DNA of 64,000 nucleotides from NCBI GenBank assembly GCA_028718125.1, contig JAQUMN010000016.1, forward strand, positions 12,041 to 76,040. Direction: 5' to 3'. This DNA is from Kiritimatiellia bacterium. GTDB lineage: Bacteria; Verrucomicrobiota; Kiritimatiellia; JAAZAB01. Of the stretch, positions 50,901-61,629 are shown one piece after another. The notes under the pieces were generated by a model that saw nothing but the letters and a program-made list of their open reading frames with translations, did not search any database and was not told the DNA's origin. A program made the translations under genes and the position numbers. Numbering within the stretch: position 1 is the first letter of the stretch; each line of letters begins with the position of its first letter.

Positions 50901-51277
50901 TGTGCGCCCTGGGGTTTACCGTGTATGCCACGGAAGGAACCAGCACGGTCCTGCGGGATCATGGCATTCCCAGCCAGGCGATCTTTCGTATCTCCAAAGG
51001 CCGGCCCCACGTGCTGGATATGATCAGGGAAAAACAGGTCGGTTGGATTGTGAGCACGCCGTCCAGCGGAGAAACTCCCCGCGTGGACGAAGTGAAAATG
51101 CGGGCTGAAGCCGTGATCCGGGGGATTCCCATCACGACCACGCTCAACGGCCTGGAATCGGCGGTGAAAGGCCTGGAAACGTTTCGGGAGACCCGGCGGA
51201 TGGAAGTGTGCAGTCTTCAGGAATACCATCGGCATGCTCCGCGTCTGAAATTGACCGCGGTGGAGAAAATCGCATGA
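47999..51277 (+). CDS. carB: carbamoyl-phosphate synthase large subunit
   Basis: Duplicated ATP-grasp halves and an MGS-like C-terminal domain; about 1092 aa. Confidence 0.95.
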   Translation: MPKREDIKKIMLVGAGPIVIGQACEFDYSGVQACKALKEEGYELVLVNSNPATIMTDPEFADRTYLEPLTEPILEEIIRRERPDALLPTLGGQTALNLAIALHDQGVLKRYQMEMIGARAEVIRKAEDRNLFKEAMTKIGMDVPRGQSAHSLAEALKIQAAMAVFPLIIRPGFTLGGSGGGIARNEAEFRTIVERGLAYSLNSEVLIEESVIGWKEFELEVMRDKKDNCVIVCSIENVDPMGIHTGDSVTVAPAQTLTDREYQRMRDATLAVIREIGVETGGANVQWAVNPANGRMVIIEMNPRVSRSSALASKATGFPIARIAAKLAVGYTLDELRNDITRETPACFEPAIDYVVTKVPRFAFEKFPAADTTLGTQMKSVGETMSIGRTFKESFQKALRSLETGRAGFGADGKDGPQERLSDAELTSELERPNAQRLFAVRAAFKRGWTVSRITELTQIDPWFLGHLEELAAFEEEIRSAHNLDGLKQNLALFRQAKEYGYSDRQIAFLLAATETGVRQARESIGLKPVFNLVDTCAAEFKALTPYYYSTYGTMDEYRPDNRRKIMILGGGPNRIGQGIEFDYCCVHASFALRQAGFATIMVNSNPETVSTDYDTSDRLYFEPLTLEDVLNIYRREQCWGAIVQFGGQTPLNLTKALEQNGVRIIGTPPASIEMAEDRKLFQELITRLGIRQPNSGLATSVEQAERIADRIGFPILMRPSFVLGGRAMVIVYNQESLRKYMAEAVEVSEDRPVLIDDFLDNAVEVDVDCIADGESVVIGGIMEHVEQAGIHSGDSACMLPAPTLSEPIKATIRKHTIEMALALKVCGLMNVQYAIKDGEVYVLEVNPRASRTVPFVSKAIGVPLAKLAALVMAGSKLKGLGFTREVLPRHASVKEAVFPFVRFPGIDTVLSPEMKSTGEVMGIDMNIGMAFLKSQVAAGSVLPVDGNVFVSVRDSDKDAVIPLARRLCALGFTVYATEGTSTVLRDHGIPSQAIFRISKGRPHVLDMIREKQVGWIVSTPSSGETPRVDEVKMRAEAVIRGIPITTTLNGLESAVKGLETFRETRRMEVCSLQEYHRHAPRLKLTAVEKIA

Positions 51278-52431
51278 ATTCAAGGTGGCATTGGCGCGCG
51301 CAACGGGAAAAAACAGCCTTCCTTGCCCTGGCGGATGGAACGGTATTCCACGGCTATTCCGTGGGCGCACCCGTGGATGCGCTGGGCGAGGTGGTCTTCA
51401 ATACCGGCATGACCGGCTACCAGGAAATTCTCAGCGATCCTTCCTACAGCGGGCAGCTGGTGACCATGACCTGCCCGGAAATCGGGAATACCGGGATCAA
51501 TGCCGCGGACATGGAATCGGCCCGGTTATTTGCCAACGGATTCATCCTGCACGAGATGAATGCGCCCCACAACTGGCGCTCGGAGCTCTCGCTTGAAGAA
51601 TGCCTGCTACGCAACGCCATTCCGGCAATCGCCGGCATTGATACCCGCGCGCTCACCTCAAAGCTTCGGGATCAAGGAACGCTCAAAGGCTATCTGGTGG
51701 TGTCCGGTAAAATTGCCGAGCCACAGGCCGTCCGGCTTGCGGCGGAGTGGGGCGGGCTGGATGGGCAGGATTATGCCGCCAAGGTCACGTGCAAGCAGCC
51801 CTATCGATGGGATGAGCAAGGCAAGTTGTCGGCCTCATGGGGAATCGCCGATAGTCTGCCGGAAGCCGATCTGAAGATCGTTGCCTATGATTTTGGGATC
51901 AAGTGGAACATTCTCAGGAGCATGCGCAGGAACGGCATGGCGGTCACAGTGGTGCCCGCAACAACTTCCGCCGACGAGGTGCTGGCGCTGAAGCCCCAGG
52001 GAGTCTTCCTTTCAAATGGTCCCGCCGACCCGGCTGCTGTGACCTATGCGATTGACAGTGCGCGTCAACTGCTGGGGAAGGTGCCGCTCATGGGGATATG
52101 TCTTGGACATCAGATTCTGGGGCTGGCTGGCGGCGGCCGGACCTTGCGTCTTAAGTTCGGGCACCACGGGTGCAACCATCCGGTCAAAGATTTAAAAACC
52201 GGTCGGATTGAAATCACATCGCAAAACCATAATTTCACCGTGGATCCGCAGTCCCTTGATCCGGCAAAGATTGAGATTACCCATATCAACTTGAACGATC
52301 TGACGGTTGAAGGTATCGAACATAAACACGCACCCATGTTTTCGGTACAGTATCATCCCGAAGCAAGTCCGGGTCCGCATGATCCGTATTACCTGTTCGG
52401 CCGGTTTAGAGAACTCATTATCAGGGCATGA
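51274..52431 (+). CDS. carA: carbamoyl-phosphate synthase small subunit (glutamine amidotransferase)
   Basis: CPSase small-chain N-domain plus class I GATase GICLGHQ. ATGA overlap with carB. Confidence 0.9.
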   Translation: MNSRWHWRAQREKTAFLALADGTVFHGYSVGAPVDALGEVVFNTGMTGYQEILSDPSYSGQLVTMTCPEIGNTGINAADMESARLFANGFILHEMNAPHNWRSELSLEECLLRNAIPAIAGIDTRALTSKLRDQGTLKGYLVVSGKIAEPQAVRLAAEWGGLDGQDYAAKVTCKQPYRWDEQGKLSASWGIADSLPEADLKIVAYDFGIKWNILRSMRRNGMAVTVVPATTSADEVLALKPQGVFLSNGPADPAAVTYAIDSARQLLGKVPLMGICLGHQILGLAGGGRTLRLKFGHHGCNHPVKDLKTGRIEITSQNHNFTVDPQSLDPAKIEITHINLNDLTVEGIEHKHAPMFSVQYHPEASPGPHDPYYLFGRFRELIIRA

Positions 52432-52640
52432 CCGGCCCAGCCAGGCCCGGAAGTTCTTAGGCGAACGCAAAGTGCGCTCGCTATTCAGATTTGCCGCCAG
52501 AATCCTCCCCGGCGGTCTTTTCCCAAGGGATAACGATCGTCACCCCTTGATTCGATTGGACGCCATCCAATATCGCGAAAGAATTGGCATTCGTGTCATG
52601 GGCAGCCTGCCCGCCATAGCCTCCTGGCGACGGCGGGAAC

Positions 52641-52667
52641 TCCTGCGAGACCGTTCTTGACGCACCC
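52641..52667 (+). promoter_or_regulatory. conserved upstream motif TCCTGCGAGACCGTTCTTGACGCACCC (copy 2)
   Basis: Matches 28808..28835. It is followed by an exact tandem repeat CTTTTTCCACTGG x2 at 52688-52713. Confidence 0.45.
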
Positions 52668-52876
52668 GGCCGTCTCCGTCTCGCCTTCTTTTTCCACTGG
52701 CTTTTTCCACTGGCTTGTCTGAATGGATCCTGTTATATTAGCAAAAAATCTACTCGCGTCCGGGGCGGGCGATCCGGACAAAGACGCATTTCCTGTTCGC
52801 AGAACGGACCTTTGCCTGTCCCGAAGGTCGCCAGAATTCGGATATAACCAATGAGTCGATTACGGCCCGCAGAATA

Positions 52877-54850
52877 ATGACCGCCATGGCAAAAAAATTA
52901 AAAGTCACAACCGCTTCCGTTGAAAACAAGGACATCACCGGGCGCAAGCAGGCGGAAGAAACGCTGTGGGAGAGCGAGGGCCAAAAAAAAGCGATTCTGG
53001 ATGGCATCACCATCAACATTGCCCTGGTCGATAAGGAATTAAAAATCCTCTGGGCGAACAAAACGGCCGCAAAATCTGCCAATAAGCGGCCGGAAGACAT
53101 GGTTGGCCGCCCCTGCTATTCATTTTGGGGCGATCCTGTCAGGCCATGCGCGAATTGCCCCGCATTCAAGGCGTTTCGGACAAGACAATCGGAACATATA
53201 ATCATAAAGACCCCCGATGGCAAGATTTGGGATGAAAGAGGCGAACCGGTATTTGACAAGGACGGAAATGTGATCGCCGTTGTCGAGATTGCCCAGGACA
53301 TCACCGAGCGCAAGCGGACCGAAGATGCGCTCCAGGAGAGCCGCGAGCTATTCTTGCTCTTCATGCGCCACTCCCCCATTTACACCTTCATCAAGGAAGT
53401 CACGGCCACCGAAATCCGGGTCCTGATGGCCAGTGACAATTATCAGAAGATGATCGGCATCCCGAACTCGGAGATGATAGGCAAGACCATGGAGGAGTTG
53501 TTTCCCCCGGAATTTGCGGCGAAGATCAGTGTCGATGATCGAACCGTCGTGGCCAAGGGCGAGGCGCTGAAATTGCATGAGGAACTTAACGGCCGCCAAT
53601 ATACCACGATAAAGTTCCCAATTGTCCTTCAAGGAAAGACCCTGCTGGCGGGATACACCATCGACATTACCGACCTCAAACAAGCAGAAATGGATAACGC
53701 CAAACTCGAAAACGAGCTTCATCAGGCCCAGAAAATAGAGGCCGTGGGTCGGCTGGCCGGCGGCGTGGCGCACGATTTCAACAATATCCTGCAAATTATC
53801 CTGGGCAATGTTGAACTGGTCCTGGCCCGGATGGAGCCGGACGACCCGCTCCGCGATGATCTTGAGGAGGTTCAAATAGCTGGCCGGCGCGCCGCTGATC
53901 TAACCCGCCAGTTGCTTGGCTTCGCCCGCAAGCAGACGATCGCTCCCCGGACGATGGACCTGAACGCAACCGTGGCAAGTATGCTCAAAATGTTGCGCCG
54001 CCTCATGGGCGAGGATATCGAGATGGTGTGGACGCCCAGCGCAGGCCTGTGGCCAATCAGGATGGACCCGGTCCAGATTGACCAGATTCTGGTCAACTTA
54101 TGCGTCAACGCGCGCGACGTCATTACCGACACCGGCACGGTGCAAATCGCGACGGAAAACGTCCGTGTGGATGAACAGCATGCGGCGCGTCATGACGGGG
54201 TTGTTCCTGGCGACTACGTATTATTGAAGGTCAGCGACACCGGTTGCGGCATGGATGCGGAGACGCAAAGCAAAATCTTCGAACCGTTTTTTACGACCAA
54301 GCCGCCGGGGAAGGGCGCCGGGTTGGGGCTGGCCACCGTATACGGCATTGTCAAGCAGAACCAGGGATATGTCGGCGTTTACAGCGAACCGGGAATGGGT
54401 GCGACCTTACACATCTACCTGCCCCGGTATATGGGCAAAGATGCGGCGCCTGCCGCGGAAGTTCCGGCGCAGCCGCTTGCCCGGGGCAGCGGGACCTTGT
54501 TGCTGGTGGAGGACGATTCGTCCCTGTTGAGCATGTGTGAAAAGATATTACTGAGCTTGGGATATAGCGTGCTGGCCGCCGGCACGCCGGAGGCGGCGCT
54601 TCGCCTTGCGAATGAATATGCCGACGATATTCGGTTGATAGTGACCGACGTCGTCATGCCCGGAATGAACGGCCGCGAGCTTGTCGGGCGACTGAAGGTG
54701 CACCATCCGAATCTCAAGTGCCTCTTCATGTCCGGCTTCACGGCGGACATCATTGTCCATCAGGACATACTGGAAAAAGGCGGGTATTTTATCCAAAAGC
54801 CATTTTCGATGTCAGACCTGGCCGCCAAGGTAAAGGAGGCGCTGGAGTAG
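52877..54850 (+). CDS. hybrid sensor histidine kinase / response regulator (cytoplasmic PAS domains, HisKA, HATPase_c, REC); paralog of 28991..31414
   Basis: No TM segments. PAS/PAC repeats, H-box VAHDFNNILQ, REC VTDVVMPGMNG. Confidence 0.85.
   Translation: MTAMAKKLKVTTASVENKDITGRKQAEETLWESEGQKKAILDGITINIALVDKELKILWANKTAAKSANKRPEDMVGRPCYSFWGDPVRPCANCPAFKAFRTRQSEHIIIKTPDGKIWDERGEPVFDKDGNVIAVVEIAQDITERKRTEDALQESRELFLLFMRHSPIYTFIKEVTATEIRVLMASDNYQKMIGIPNSEMIGKTMEELFPPEFAAKISVDDRTVVAKGEALKLHEELNGRQYTTIKFPIVLQGKTLLAGYTIDITDLKQAEMDNAKLENELHQAQKIEAVGRLAGGVAHDFNNILQIILGNVELVLARMEPDDPLRDDLEEVQIAGRRAADLTRQLLGFARKQTIAPRTMDLNATVASMLKMLRRLMGEDIEMVWTPSAGLWPIRMDPVQIDQILVNLCVNARDVITDTGTVQIATENVRVDEQHAARHDGVVPGDYVLLKVSDTGCGMDAETQSKIFEPFFTTKPPGKGAGLGLATVYGIVKQNQGYVGVYSEPGMGATLHIYLPRYMGKDAAPAAEVPAQPLARGSGTLLLVEDDSSLLSMCEKILLSLGYSVLAAGTPEAALRLANEYADDIRLIVTDVVMPGMNGRELVGRLKVHHPNLKCLFMSGFTADIIVHQDILEKGGYFIQKPFSMSDLAAKVKEALE
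53820..54439. repeat. near-identical (~97%) 620-bp segment, copy 2
   Basis: See 30371..30990. Confidence 0.85.
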
Positions 54851-55194
54851 AAGGTCCCGGATTTCAGGCAGAGAACGTTGAACCAGGCGGGCAGGGGCAA
54901 TAAATAGGCGGCTCCAGAATCCGAATGTCCCTTCGGCGCGGGCGCTTTTATCGCGTCCTGGCCGGTGATAAGATGCAAATCTGCGTCCTAGCAATGTTTG
55001 GGAATCGACTTGCGAAGGGCGTTTATACCCTCAAGGTAAACGGGTTGCGGCGCTTTTCTGGATCTGATGGTCCTGGATAAACCGACCAAAGGTTGTTTCA
55101 TAATGGCAAGGTCAGTTTCAAAACCAATTATTGAATATTGGAACCTATTCCCAATATCTCTTGGTCGGACAGGAAAAATGAAGGAAGAAAACAG

Positions 55195-55995
55195 ATGGCG
55201 GACATACTCGTAACCAACGATGACGGAATAGAGTCTCCAGGACTCCGGGCTGCGGTCGAAGCTGTTCTCTCTTTGGGAAGCGTTATCGTAGTCGCTCCAT
55301 CATGTCAGCAGACTTCAACCGGCCGCAGTTTCCGGGGGGACAAGAATTCATTTCTGCAGCCGGTGAAATTCCCTGTGAACGGGACCGGGGTGAGAGCCTA
55401 TCACTGCGAATGCACTCCTGCCCGAGCCGTGCTGCATGCCTTTGATGTTCTGTTCAGCAGGAAGAAGCCGGATTTGGTCGTCTCCGGGATCAACTATGGC
55501 GAGAACCTGGGAACGAATTCCACGATATCCGGCACCATCGGCGCTGCGCTCCAAGCCGCGACGCACGGGGTTAGGGGGTTGGCGGTCTCTTTGCAGACGG
55601 AAATCGAGAACCACCGCAAGCACGTCGCACTCGAATGGAGCGTGGCGCGTCATTTCTGCCGTGAATTCGCCAGACTCATGCTGGAAAGAACGTTGCCGGC
55701 CGATGTGGATGTATTGAACGTGAATGTGCCGGCTTCCGCAAAAGTTAATACGCCGTGGACGGTGGCGCGTCTTTCTCGGCAGGGATATTTCAGCAATTTG
55801 ATAACTGCACCCACGCCGGCCAGCAAAATTGGGGATGCCGTGTGCCGTTACGGGTTTGATGCGGCAACGCTTGAGCCGGATTCCGACATCCTGGCCGTCT
55901 GCAACGGCCTGGTCTCGGTCACGCCCGTCAGCATGGATCTGACATCGCGAGTGGATCTGAAATCATTTCTGAAGGACGTCAAACTGAATGCCTGA
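55195..55995 (+). CDS. surE: 5'/3'-nucleotidase SurE
   Basis: ILVTNDDGIESPGL N-terminal motif. Confidence 0.85.
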   Translation: MADILVTNDDGIESPGLRAAVEAVLSLGSVIVVAPSCQQTSTGRSFRGDKNSFLQPVKFPVNGTGVRAYHCECTPARAVLHAFDVLFSRKKPDLVVSGINYGENLGTNSTISGTIGAALQAATHGVRGLAVSLQTEIENHRKHVALEWSVARHFCREFARLMLERTLPADVDVLNVNVPASAKVNTPWTVARLSRQGYFSNLITAPTPASKIGDAVCRYGFDAATLEPDSDILAVCNGLVSVTPVSMDLTSRVDLKSFLKDVKLNA

Positions 55996-56216
55996 CGGGC
56001 CGGCGGCTAGTATTAAAGAGAAACTCAAGGATGCGGATTAACCCGCATATTTTTCTAAGGAAGAAGGGGATCGGAAACTGCTTGAATGGAAAAACAAATC
56101 GGTATCGGAGAAGAATGCCGGGAGCTAAGAAGGGGAGGTAAAAAACAATAAGACCACAGGAGAGAAGAGACATATTCGGATCTCGGTTTGCTAATATTTA
56201 AAACGGAGCACTGGCA

Positions 56217-56756
56217 ATGAACAGGATTAAAATGTCGGCATGTGATATTGTATTGGCCGGACTGATGGTTGGCGGCGGTTTCCTCCAGGCAGCCTTGGGC
56301 GCCGAATCGGTGAACTTGATCAAAAACCCCGGATTTACCGACGGCATGGCGAATTGGAAAGCGGAAAGCAAGTTGTTTCCTGAAGGCGTCACCCATGAAT
56401 TGGATTCGGCAGCGAAAAAAGGGGATACCGGCAGCAGTTTAAAAATATCCACAAAACTGCAGATAATTACACGTATGATTCAATCGCCCGATTTCGCGGT
56501 GGCACCGGGCGAAAAATATACACTGAGCGCATGGGTTAAGACTTCCGGCTCAGCACAAGCAGCTGTAGTTGTGAAGCTTGGTGGAAAATATACGGGAACC
56601 AACTATAAAGAATCAGTTGGTCCGGACTTCAGAAAGGTGGAGATGTTTTTTGTAATACCTGACGGAGTTACATCGTTAAGTTATATTGCTTTGTATCTTA
56701 AAGGCAGCGATGGATCCGTCTGGTTCGATGATGTGTCGCTGGCAAAACAGCCATAA
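56217..56756 (+). CDS. small secreted protein with CBM4/9-like carbohydrate-binding beta-sandwich
   Basis: Signal peptide. NPGFTDG ... W motif as in CBM_4_9. Confidence 0.4.
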   Translation: MNRIKMSACDIVLAGLMVGGGFLQAALGAESVNLIKNPGFTDGMANWKAESKLFPEGVTHELDSAAKKGDTGSSLKISTKLQIITRMIQSPDFAVAPGEKYTLSAWVKTSGSAQAAVVVKLGGKYTGTNYKESVGPDFRKVEMFFVIPDGVTSLSYIALYLKGSDGSVWFDDVSLAKQP

Positions 56757-57172
56757 AGTGAAGCGCATCCCAACATGTCGTAAGTCGGAAACCCCTTTGG
56801 CAAAAAACCAAATGAGGATAGGGCGGTCGAATGGCCGAGTTTCGTGGCGTGGCGGGCTTGTCCGGTACAGTGACTGGACACTCATGTAAACCGATGAGCA
56901 GAAAATCAAATGTTGCCGTGCTATCCTCGCCAAAATTGCCAATGATGGGGTTAAAATGCGGATACTCTGAGAATTCGCGACAGAACGGCGATGGAATTCA
57001 TCCTGCGATATAGATGAGTTCTCCCGTCGACGGACATCACCATTGCGAATCGACGTCTTGGAAACTGCTGCACAACCGACAATTCTCTCGTTCTGGAATT
57101 GGAGGGGTGCTATGGTTTCCGCGAATTTGGAGTTTCTTCCGGCTGACTCAAGCAATATGCGCGGAATGTACT

Positions 57173-57865
57173 ATGATCCCTTTGCTTCAGAAGAATGCGA
57201 ATAGCAGCACGGACGATCGAGATTTGGTTCGCGCCGCCAAGAACGGCAACCTGGGCGCGTTCGAGACATTGGTCAAGCGGCATGAGCGTCGGATCTACGG
57301 CCTGGCCCGCCGTCTGACTGACTCCGAGCATGAAGCCCGGGATGTGACGCAACAAACGTTTTTCAGCGCCGTAAAAAACTTATCGGGCTTCCGGGAAACC
57401 GCGGCGTTCTCCACCTGGCTTACCGCCATCGCTGCCAACGCAGCGCTGAAGATGATCCGCAAGCGCCGCGGCCTGCCTACAACATCCCTGGATGAAGCCA
57501 CCGAACCGGATGAGGACGGGCAGATTCCGCACCCGGAATACATCGCCGACTGGCGCGAAACTCCCGACCGCCTGGCCCAGCGCGCCGAAACACATCAGTT
57601 GCTCAATGCAGCGATAGCCGAACTGGGCGCCGGGCATCGCGCCGTCTTCCTGCTGCGGGATGTGGAAGACTTGTCGGTCAGGGACACTGCCAGAGCATTA
57701 GGGATCAGTGAAGCCAATGTGAAGGTCCGGCTTTTGCGCGCGCGCCTGCAGTTGCGCGAGCGCCTAACCCGCATTTTTGGCGATGAAGAGCATCGCTACG
57801 AACCGGGGCGCCACCTGCGCGGCCTCACCTCAAGTCACACATTACAGGAGAAAACCCATGACTAA
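57173..57865 (+). CDS. ECF-type RNA polymerase sigma-70 factor
   Basis: Region 2 (RDVTQQTFFSAVKNLSGF) and region 4 HTH (LSVRDTARALGISEANVKVRLLRAR). Confidence 0.8.
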   Translation: MIPLLQKNANSSTDDRDLVRAAKNGNLGAFETLVKRHERRIYGLARRLTDSEHEARDVTQQTFFSAVKNLSGFRETAAFSTWLTAIAANAALKMIRKRRGLPTTSLDEATEPDEDGQIPHPEYIADWRETPDRLAQRAETHQLLNAAIAELGAGHRAVFLLRDVEDLSVRDTARALGISEANVKVRLLRARLQLRERLTRIFGDEEHRYEPGRHLRGLTSSHTLQEKTHD

Positions 57866-58169
57866 GAAGCGCGCCAAAACCCATGTGATCGGGGGCAAGC
57901 ACGGAGCCACATGCGGCGAACTCCTTGCCCTGCTCAATGAGTATGTGGATGGCGGCGTTGACCCCTCGGTCTGCAAGGAACTTGAATCCCATCTTGCGCA
58001 GTGCAACCCGTGCCGGGTCGTGGTGGATAACGTGCGCAAGACAATCACACTCTACCGCAATGACGTACCCTGCGAACTGCCGGCCAAGTTCCGCGACCGA
58101 CTGCATTCCGCCCTGCGCAAATGCTGGGAAGAGGCCGGGCCGGGCAAAAAGCGCCCAAAAACCTGTTGA
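57858..58169 (+). CDS. zinc-binding anti-sigma factor (ZAS / RsrA-like, cytoplasmic)
   Basis: ATGA overlap with the sigma gene. HLAQCNPC (H-x3-C-x2-C) plus an upstream Cys. No TM segment. Confidence 0.6.
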   Translation: MTKKRAKTHVIGGKHGATCGELLALLNEYVDGGVDPSVCKELESHLAQCNPCRVVVDNVRKTITLYRNDVPCELPAKFRDRLHSALRKCWEEAGPGKKRPKTC

Positions 58170-58271
58170 AAAATGGTGTTGCGCTTGTTCTTTCCGATTT
58201 CCTGTAACTTTTCATCGTTTTGCGGCTCTAACCCCTATAGCGACAAAAAATCCAAATAGGAGGGAGAAGCT

Positions 58272-58634
58272 ATGAATGGAGTAAAACAATTGCAGGAAGT
58301 GGATTTTCAGAAAGAAGTTATCGACTCGGACGTGCCGGTGGTGGTGGATTTCTTTGCACCCTGGTGCGGCCCATGCCGAGCCCTGGCGCCCGCGTTGGAA
58401 GACGTGGCCAAGGCCTACGATGGCCGTCTGAAGGTCATGAAGGTGAACGTGGACGATGCGCAGCAACTGACCGCCAACTATCGCATACGCGGTGTGCCCA
58501 CGCTGATGTTCTTCAAGGACGGGGAAGTCGTGGACACCATTGTCGGCCTGCCGCCCGTCAATGCCCTGCGGGCGAAACTTGACGCCGTCGCATCCTCGCC
58601 GACGCGGGTTGGTGTATGCGGGTGCAGCGCATGA
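58272..58634 (+). CDS. trxA: thioredoxin
   Basis: WCGPC active site; about 120 aa. Confidence 0.85.
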   Translation: MNGVKQLQEVDFQKEVIDSDVPVVVDFFAPWCGPCRALAPALEDVAKAYDGRLKVMKVNVDDAQQLTANYRIRGVPTLMFFKDGEVVDTIVGLPPVNALRAKLDAVASSPTRVGVCGCSA

Positions 58635-58648
58635 AAAGGAGGTGGCCC

Positions 58649-58813
58649 ATGAGCGGTCGATTGGTTATTGGTATAGTGGTCGGAGGACTCTTGGGATACG
58701 GTATGTACCGGTTTATCGGCTGTTCCATCGGCACATGCCCCATCACGTCTAACCCCTGGGTGAGCACGATCGTAGGTATGGTGATCGGCGGCATGTTCGC
58801 TGGGGGTTTTTAA
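58649..58813 (+). CDS. small 2-TM membrane protein with GCxxGTCP motif
   Basis: RBS AAAAGGAGG. 54 aa, Gly-rich hydrophobic. Confidence 0.45.
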   Translation: MSGRLVIGIVVGGLLGYGMYRFIGCSIGTCPITSNPWVSTIVGMVIGGMFAGGF

Positions 58814-58832
58814 GAAGGAAAGGGGAAGCGTA

Positions 58833-59045
58833 ATGACAACGGAACGTTACATTCGCATGGCGGCCGGCATCTTAGTGCTAGCCAGCCTGGCGCTGGGTTA
58901 TTGGGTGCATCACGGCTGGTTCTTATTAACGGCTTTCGTGGGGTTGAACCTGTTCCAATCGGCATTCACCGGAGTATGTCCGTTGGAGTTGATCCTCCGG
59001 CATTACGGTGTGCCGTCGGCCGCGGGCGGTTGCGGCGCTAAGTGA
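58833..59045 (+). CDS. DUF2892 (YgaP C-terminal-like) small membrane protein
   Basis: ERYIRMAAG ... QSAFTGVCP motif. RBS AGGAAAGGGGAAG. Confidence 0.55.
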   Translation: MTTERYIRMAAGILVLASLALGYWVHHGWFLLTAFVGLNLFQSAFTGVCPLELILRHYGVPSAAGGCGAK

Positions 59046-59175
59046 CAGATTAGGCGCCCGTCCTTTCGGTCGACCAGCCGGTAGGCTTGATGTATTGCAG
59101 GTTCTCTGCTATAAAAAATACTCAGGCTAGCTTGCACGGCTACATGGCGCCGTAACCATATACTCTGAAGAAAGG

Positions 59176-60522
59176 ATGACCAACATGACATCCATGAAAT
59201 CTTGGCGCCGTATCGCCGCCGCGATCCTGTTGGCGATGCTCCTCCATAACCCCGGCGCCTCCGCCGTTACGCTCGACGAATGTATTACGGCCTCGCTTCG
59301 CAGCAATCCGGACGTGCGCGCCGCGACAGAACGCGTTCAGGCCGCCCGGGCGGCCATCAAGGAGGCCCAGTCGGCCTATTACCCCGTGCTCTTCGGTTCG
59401 GCCGCCTATGCTCTGACGGACAACCCCCCCCAGGCCTTCATGATGCTGCTGAACCAGCGCCGCGTTTCCATGGATTCCGATTTCAATAACCCCTCCGACA
59501 CCGACAATCTCGCCCTGAGTCTTGGTGTGAAGTATCGTCTGTTCGATTTCGGCCGGCGCGGACTGGACAACGAGATGGCCCGGGGCGGCGCCGAGGTCTC
59601 GCGTCTGGTGCTGCGGGGTTTGCAGAATGACTTGATCCATCAGGTCACGCGCGGGTATTATACGCTCCTCCAGGCGGGCGCTTTCGTCACGGTGCAGGAG
59701 GAGTCGGTCAAGTCGCTGCAGGAAAGCCTGCGTGTCGCGAGCGAGCGCCTGAAAGCGGGCGGCGCGGTGAAGACCGATGTCCTGAACCTTGAAGTCCAGC
59801 TCGCTCAGGCGAAGGAAGATCTGATCCGTGCCCGCAATGGCGTCAAGTTGGCGTTGGCCGCTCTGAATACGGCCATCGGCGCCAACCTGGTCGACTCCGC
59901 CAACATACCTGCCAAGGTTGAGCCGCAGGAAATTAAATTGCCTGAGAGCGAAGACTTGAGCGCCATCCAGAACCGGCCGGAACTGCTGGCGGCTCAAAAG
60001 ATGGCCGAAATCCAGCAAGCCGCCCTGAAGAAGGCCCGGCATCAATACTGGCCCACGGTCAACGCTTTTGGATCCGCGGATTGGAACAGCGCCATGTCGA
60101 TCAACTTTGAAAGCAGTTATATTGTTGGCGTGGCGGCCGAGATGGATTTTTTCGACGGCTTCCGCCGTAGCGCAGCGGCTTCTGGCGCCGGCGCCCAGCA
60201 GCGGGCCGCTGCGGCCGAGGAGGAAAAAGCAGCTAACAACCTCCGACTCGACCTTACCTCCGCATCCATCCAAGCCAGCGAGGCGTGTGAGCGGCGGGAT
60301 GTTGTCCGCAAGAGCATCGAGAACGCCGAGGAAGCTTTGCGAATCACGCAACAGCGATATCAGCAGGGCGCAGCCGACTTGCCCGAATTGCTTACCGCCC
60401 AGGTGGGCCTCACCGGAACACGTACGCGTAATGTCGCCGCGCTTTATGACTACCTTACCGCTCTCTCAAACCTGGAACGTGCGCGAGGTCAACTAGTCGA
60501 CAGTTATGCCAAGGGCGAATGA
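59176..60522 (+). CDS. outer membrane efflux protein (TolC/CzcC-like OMF)
   Basis: Signal peptide. Two OEP repeats. Confidence 0.8.
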   Translation: MTNMTSMKSWRRIAAAILLAMLLHNPGASAVTLDECITASLRSNPDVRAATERVQAARAAIKEAQSAYYPVLFGSAAYALTDNPPQAFMMLLNQRRVSMDSDFNNPSDTDNLALSLGVKYRLFDFGRRGLDNEMARGGAEVSRLVLRGLQNDLIHQVTRGYYTLLQAGAFVTVQEESVKSLQESLRVASERLKAGGAVKTDVLNLEVQLAQAKEDLIRARNGVKLALAALNTAIGANLVDSANIPAKVEPQEIKLPESEDLSAIQNRPELLAAQKMAEIQQAALKKARHQYWPTVNAFGSADWNSAMSINFESSYIVGVAAEMDFFDGFRRSAAASGAGAQQRAAAAEEEKAANNLRLDLTSASIQASEACERRDVVRKSIENAEEALRITQQRYQQGAADLPELLTAQVGLTGTRTRNVAALYDYLTALSNLERARGQLVDSYAKGE

Positions 60523-60537
60523 CAAGGAGATTGCACC

Positions 60538-61626
60538 ATGACCGAAGAAAAGAACAACGAGGAAATCAAGAGCGAAGCGCCGCCGACGCCCGGGCGCGTG
60601 TGGGGGCGCATCGCGAAGCCGTTGGTGGGCCTGGCGATTCTGGTGGTGGTCATTCTCTGGAGTGTCGGCGTGTTCCGCTCGCGTACATCCTCGGAACGCG
60701 TGGAGTACCAGGCCGGACTTGCTGTGCCACCGAATGCCAAACTGTTTACGGTGAAACAGGAATCCATCGCTCCGCGCGTGGACGTGGTGGGCACGGTGGC
60801 CTCTGGCGTGAAGGTGAACCTGAGCGCGCGAATCCCGGCCTACGTGAAGGAGGTTTTCGTTTCCGCCGGCAGCCCAGTCAAAAAGGGACAGCAGCTCATC
60901 ACCCTTGACGACCGCGAAATCAAGGAGCAGGTTACGGCGGCCGAGGCGCAGTTCAAACAGGCTGAAACCGAGTTCAATCGCGCCCGTCAACTTTTCGACA
61001 ACAAGGCGACTACCGAGCAGGCCCTTACGGCGGCGCAGTCCATGTTTACAGCCGCCCGCGCCCAGTGGGATCGCAGTAAGATCATGCTGACCTACGCGCA
61101 GATCACCTCGCCCATGGATGGCGTGGTCACTGATCGGCGCATCGAGCCCGGCGACATGGCCAATCCGGGCCAGGTGCTTCTGGCAATCTACGACCCCGCC
61201 AACATGCAGCTCGAAGTCCCTGTTCCCGCACGCCTCCTCGCGAAGCTCCCCGTCGGCCAGGCCGTGGAGGTCACACTGGACCGGCCCGCCACCAACTTCC
61301 AGGGCCGGGTGCGGCAGATCGTGAGCGAGATCGATCCGCTCAGCCGGACCCAGCTTGTCAAGGTCCACATCGAGGGGCCCTCCAGCGACGTGTTGCCGGG
61401 AACCTTCGGCCGGCTCTGGGTGGCCGATGACATCCGCCAGACCATCGTCATTCCGGCCTCCGCCATTTACTCGGTCGGCCAAATCGAGCTGGTTCAGGTC
61501 GTCAGGGACCAACGCGCCATGCGCCGCGCGGTCCGGTCGGGGCCGAAACACGGCGCGTCCGTGGAAATACTTTCCGGTCTGGATGCCGGAGACGTCGTCC
61601 TGGTGAAGCCGATTCAGGAGAACTGA
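60538..61626 (+). CDS. efflux RND periplasmic adaptor (MFP, HlyD/CzcB-like)
   Basis: N-terminal TM anchor, coiled-coil hairpin, beta-barrel domains. Confidence 0.8.
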   Translation: MTEEKNNEEIKSEAPPTPGRVWGRIAKPLVGLAILVVVILWSVGVFRSRTSSERVEYQAGLAVPPNAKLFTVKQESIAPRVDVVGTVASGVKVNLSARIPAYVKEVFVSAGSPVKKGQQLITLDDREIKEQVTAAEAQFKQAETEFNRARQLFDNKATTEQALTAAQSMFTAARAQWDRSKIMLTYAQITSPMDGVVTDRRIEPGDMANPGQVLLAIYDPANMQLEVPVPARLLAKLPVGQAVEVTLDRPATNFQGRVRQIVSEIDPLSRTQLVKVHIEGPSSDVLPGTFGRLWVADDIRQTIVIPASAIYSVGQIELVQVVRDQRAMRRAVRSGPKHGASVEILSGLDAGDVVLVKPIQEN

Positions 61627-61629
61627 CGC

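Noticed and set aside
52983-52990. A8 tract inside the HK2 coding sequence (also A8 at ~4011 in the GH gene) as phase-variable frameshift sites
   Set aside because: The tracts are short (8 nt or less) and encode ordinary Lys-Lys codons. Without population data the slippage potential is low, so they are not reported as features.
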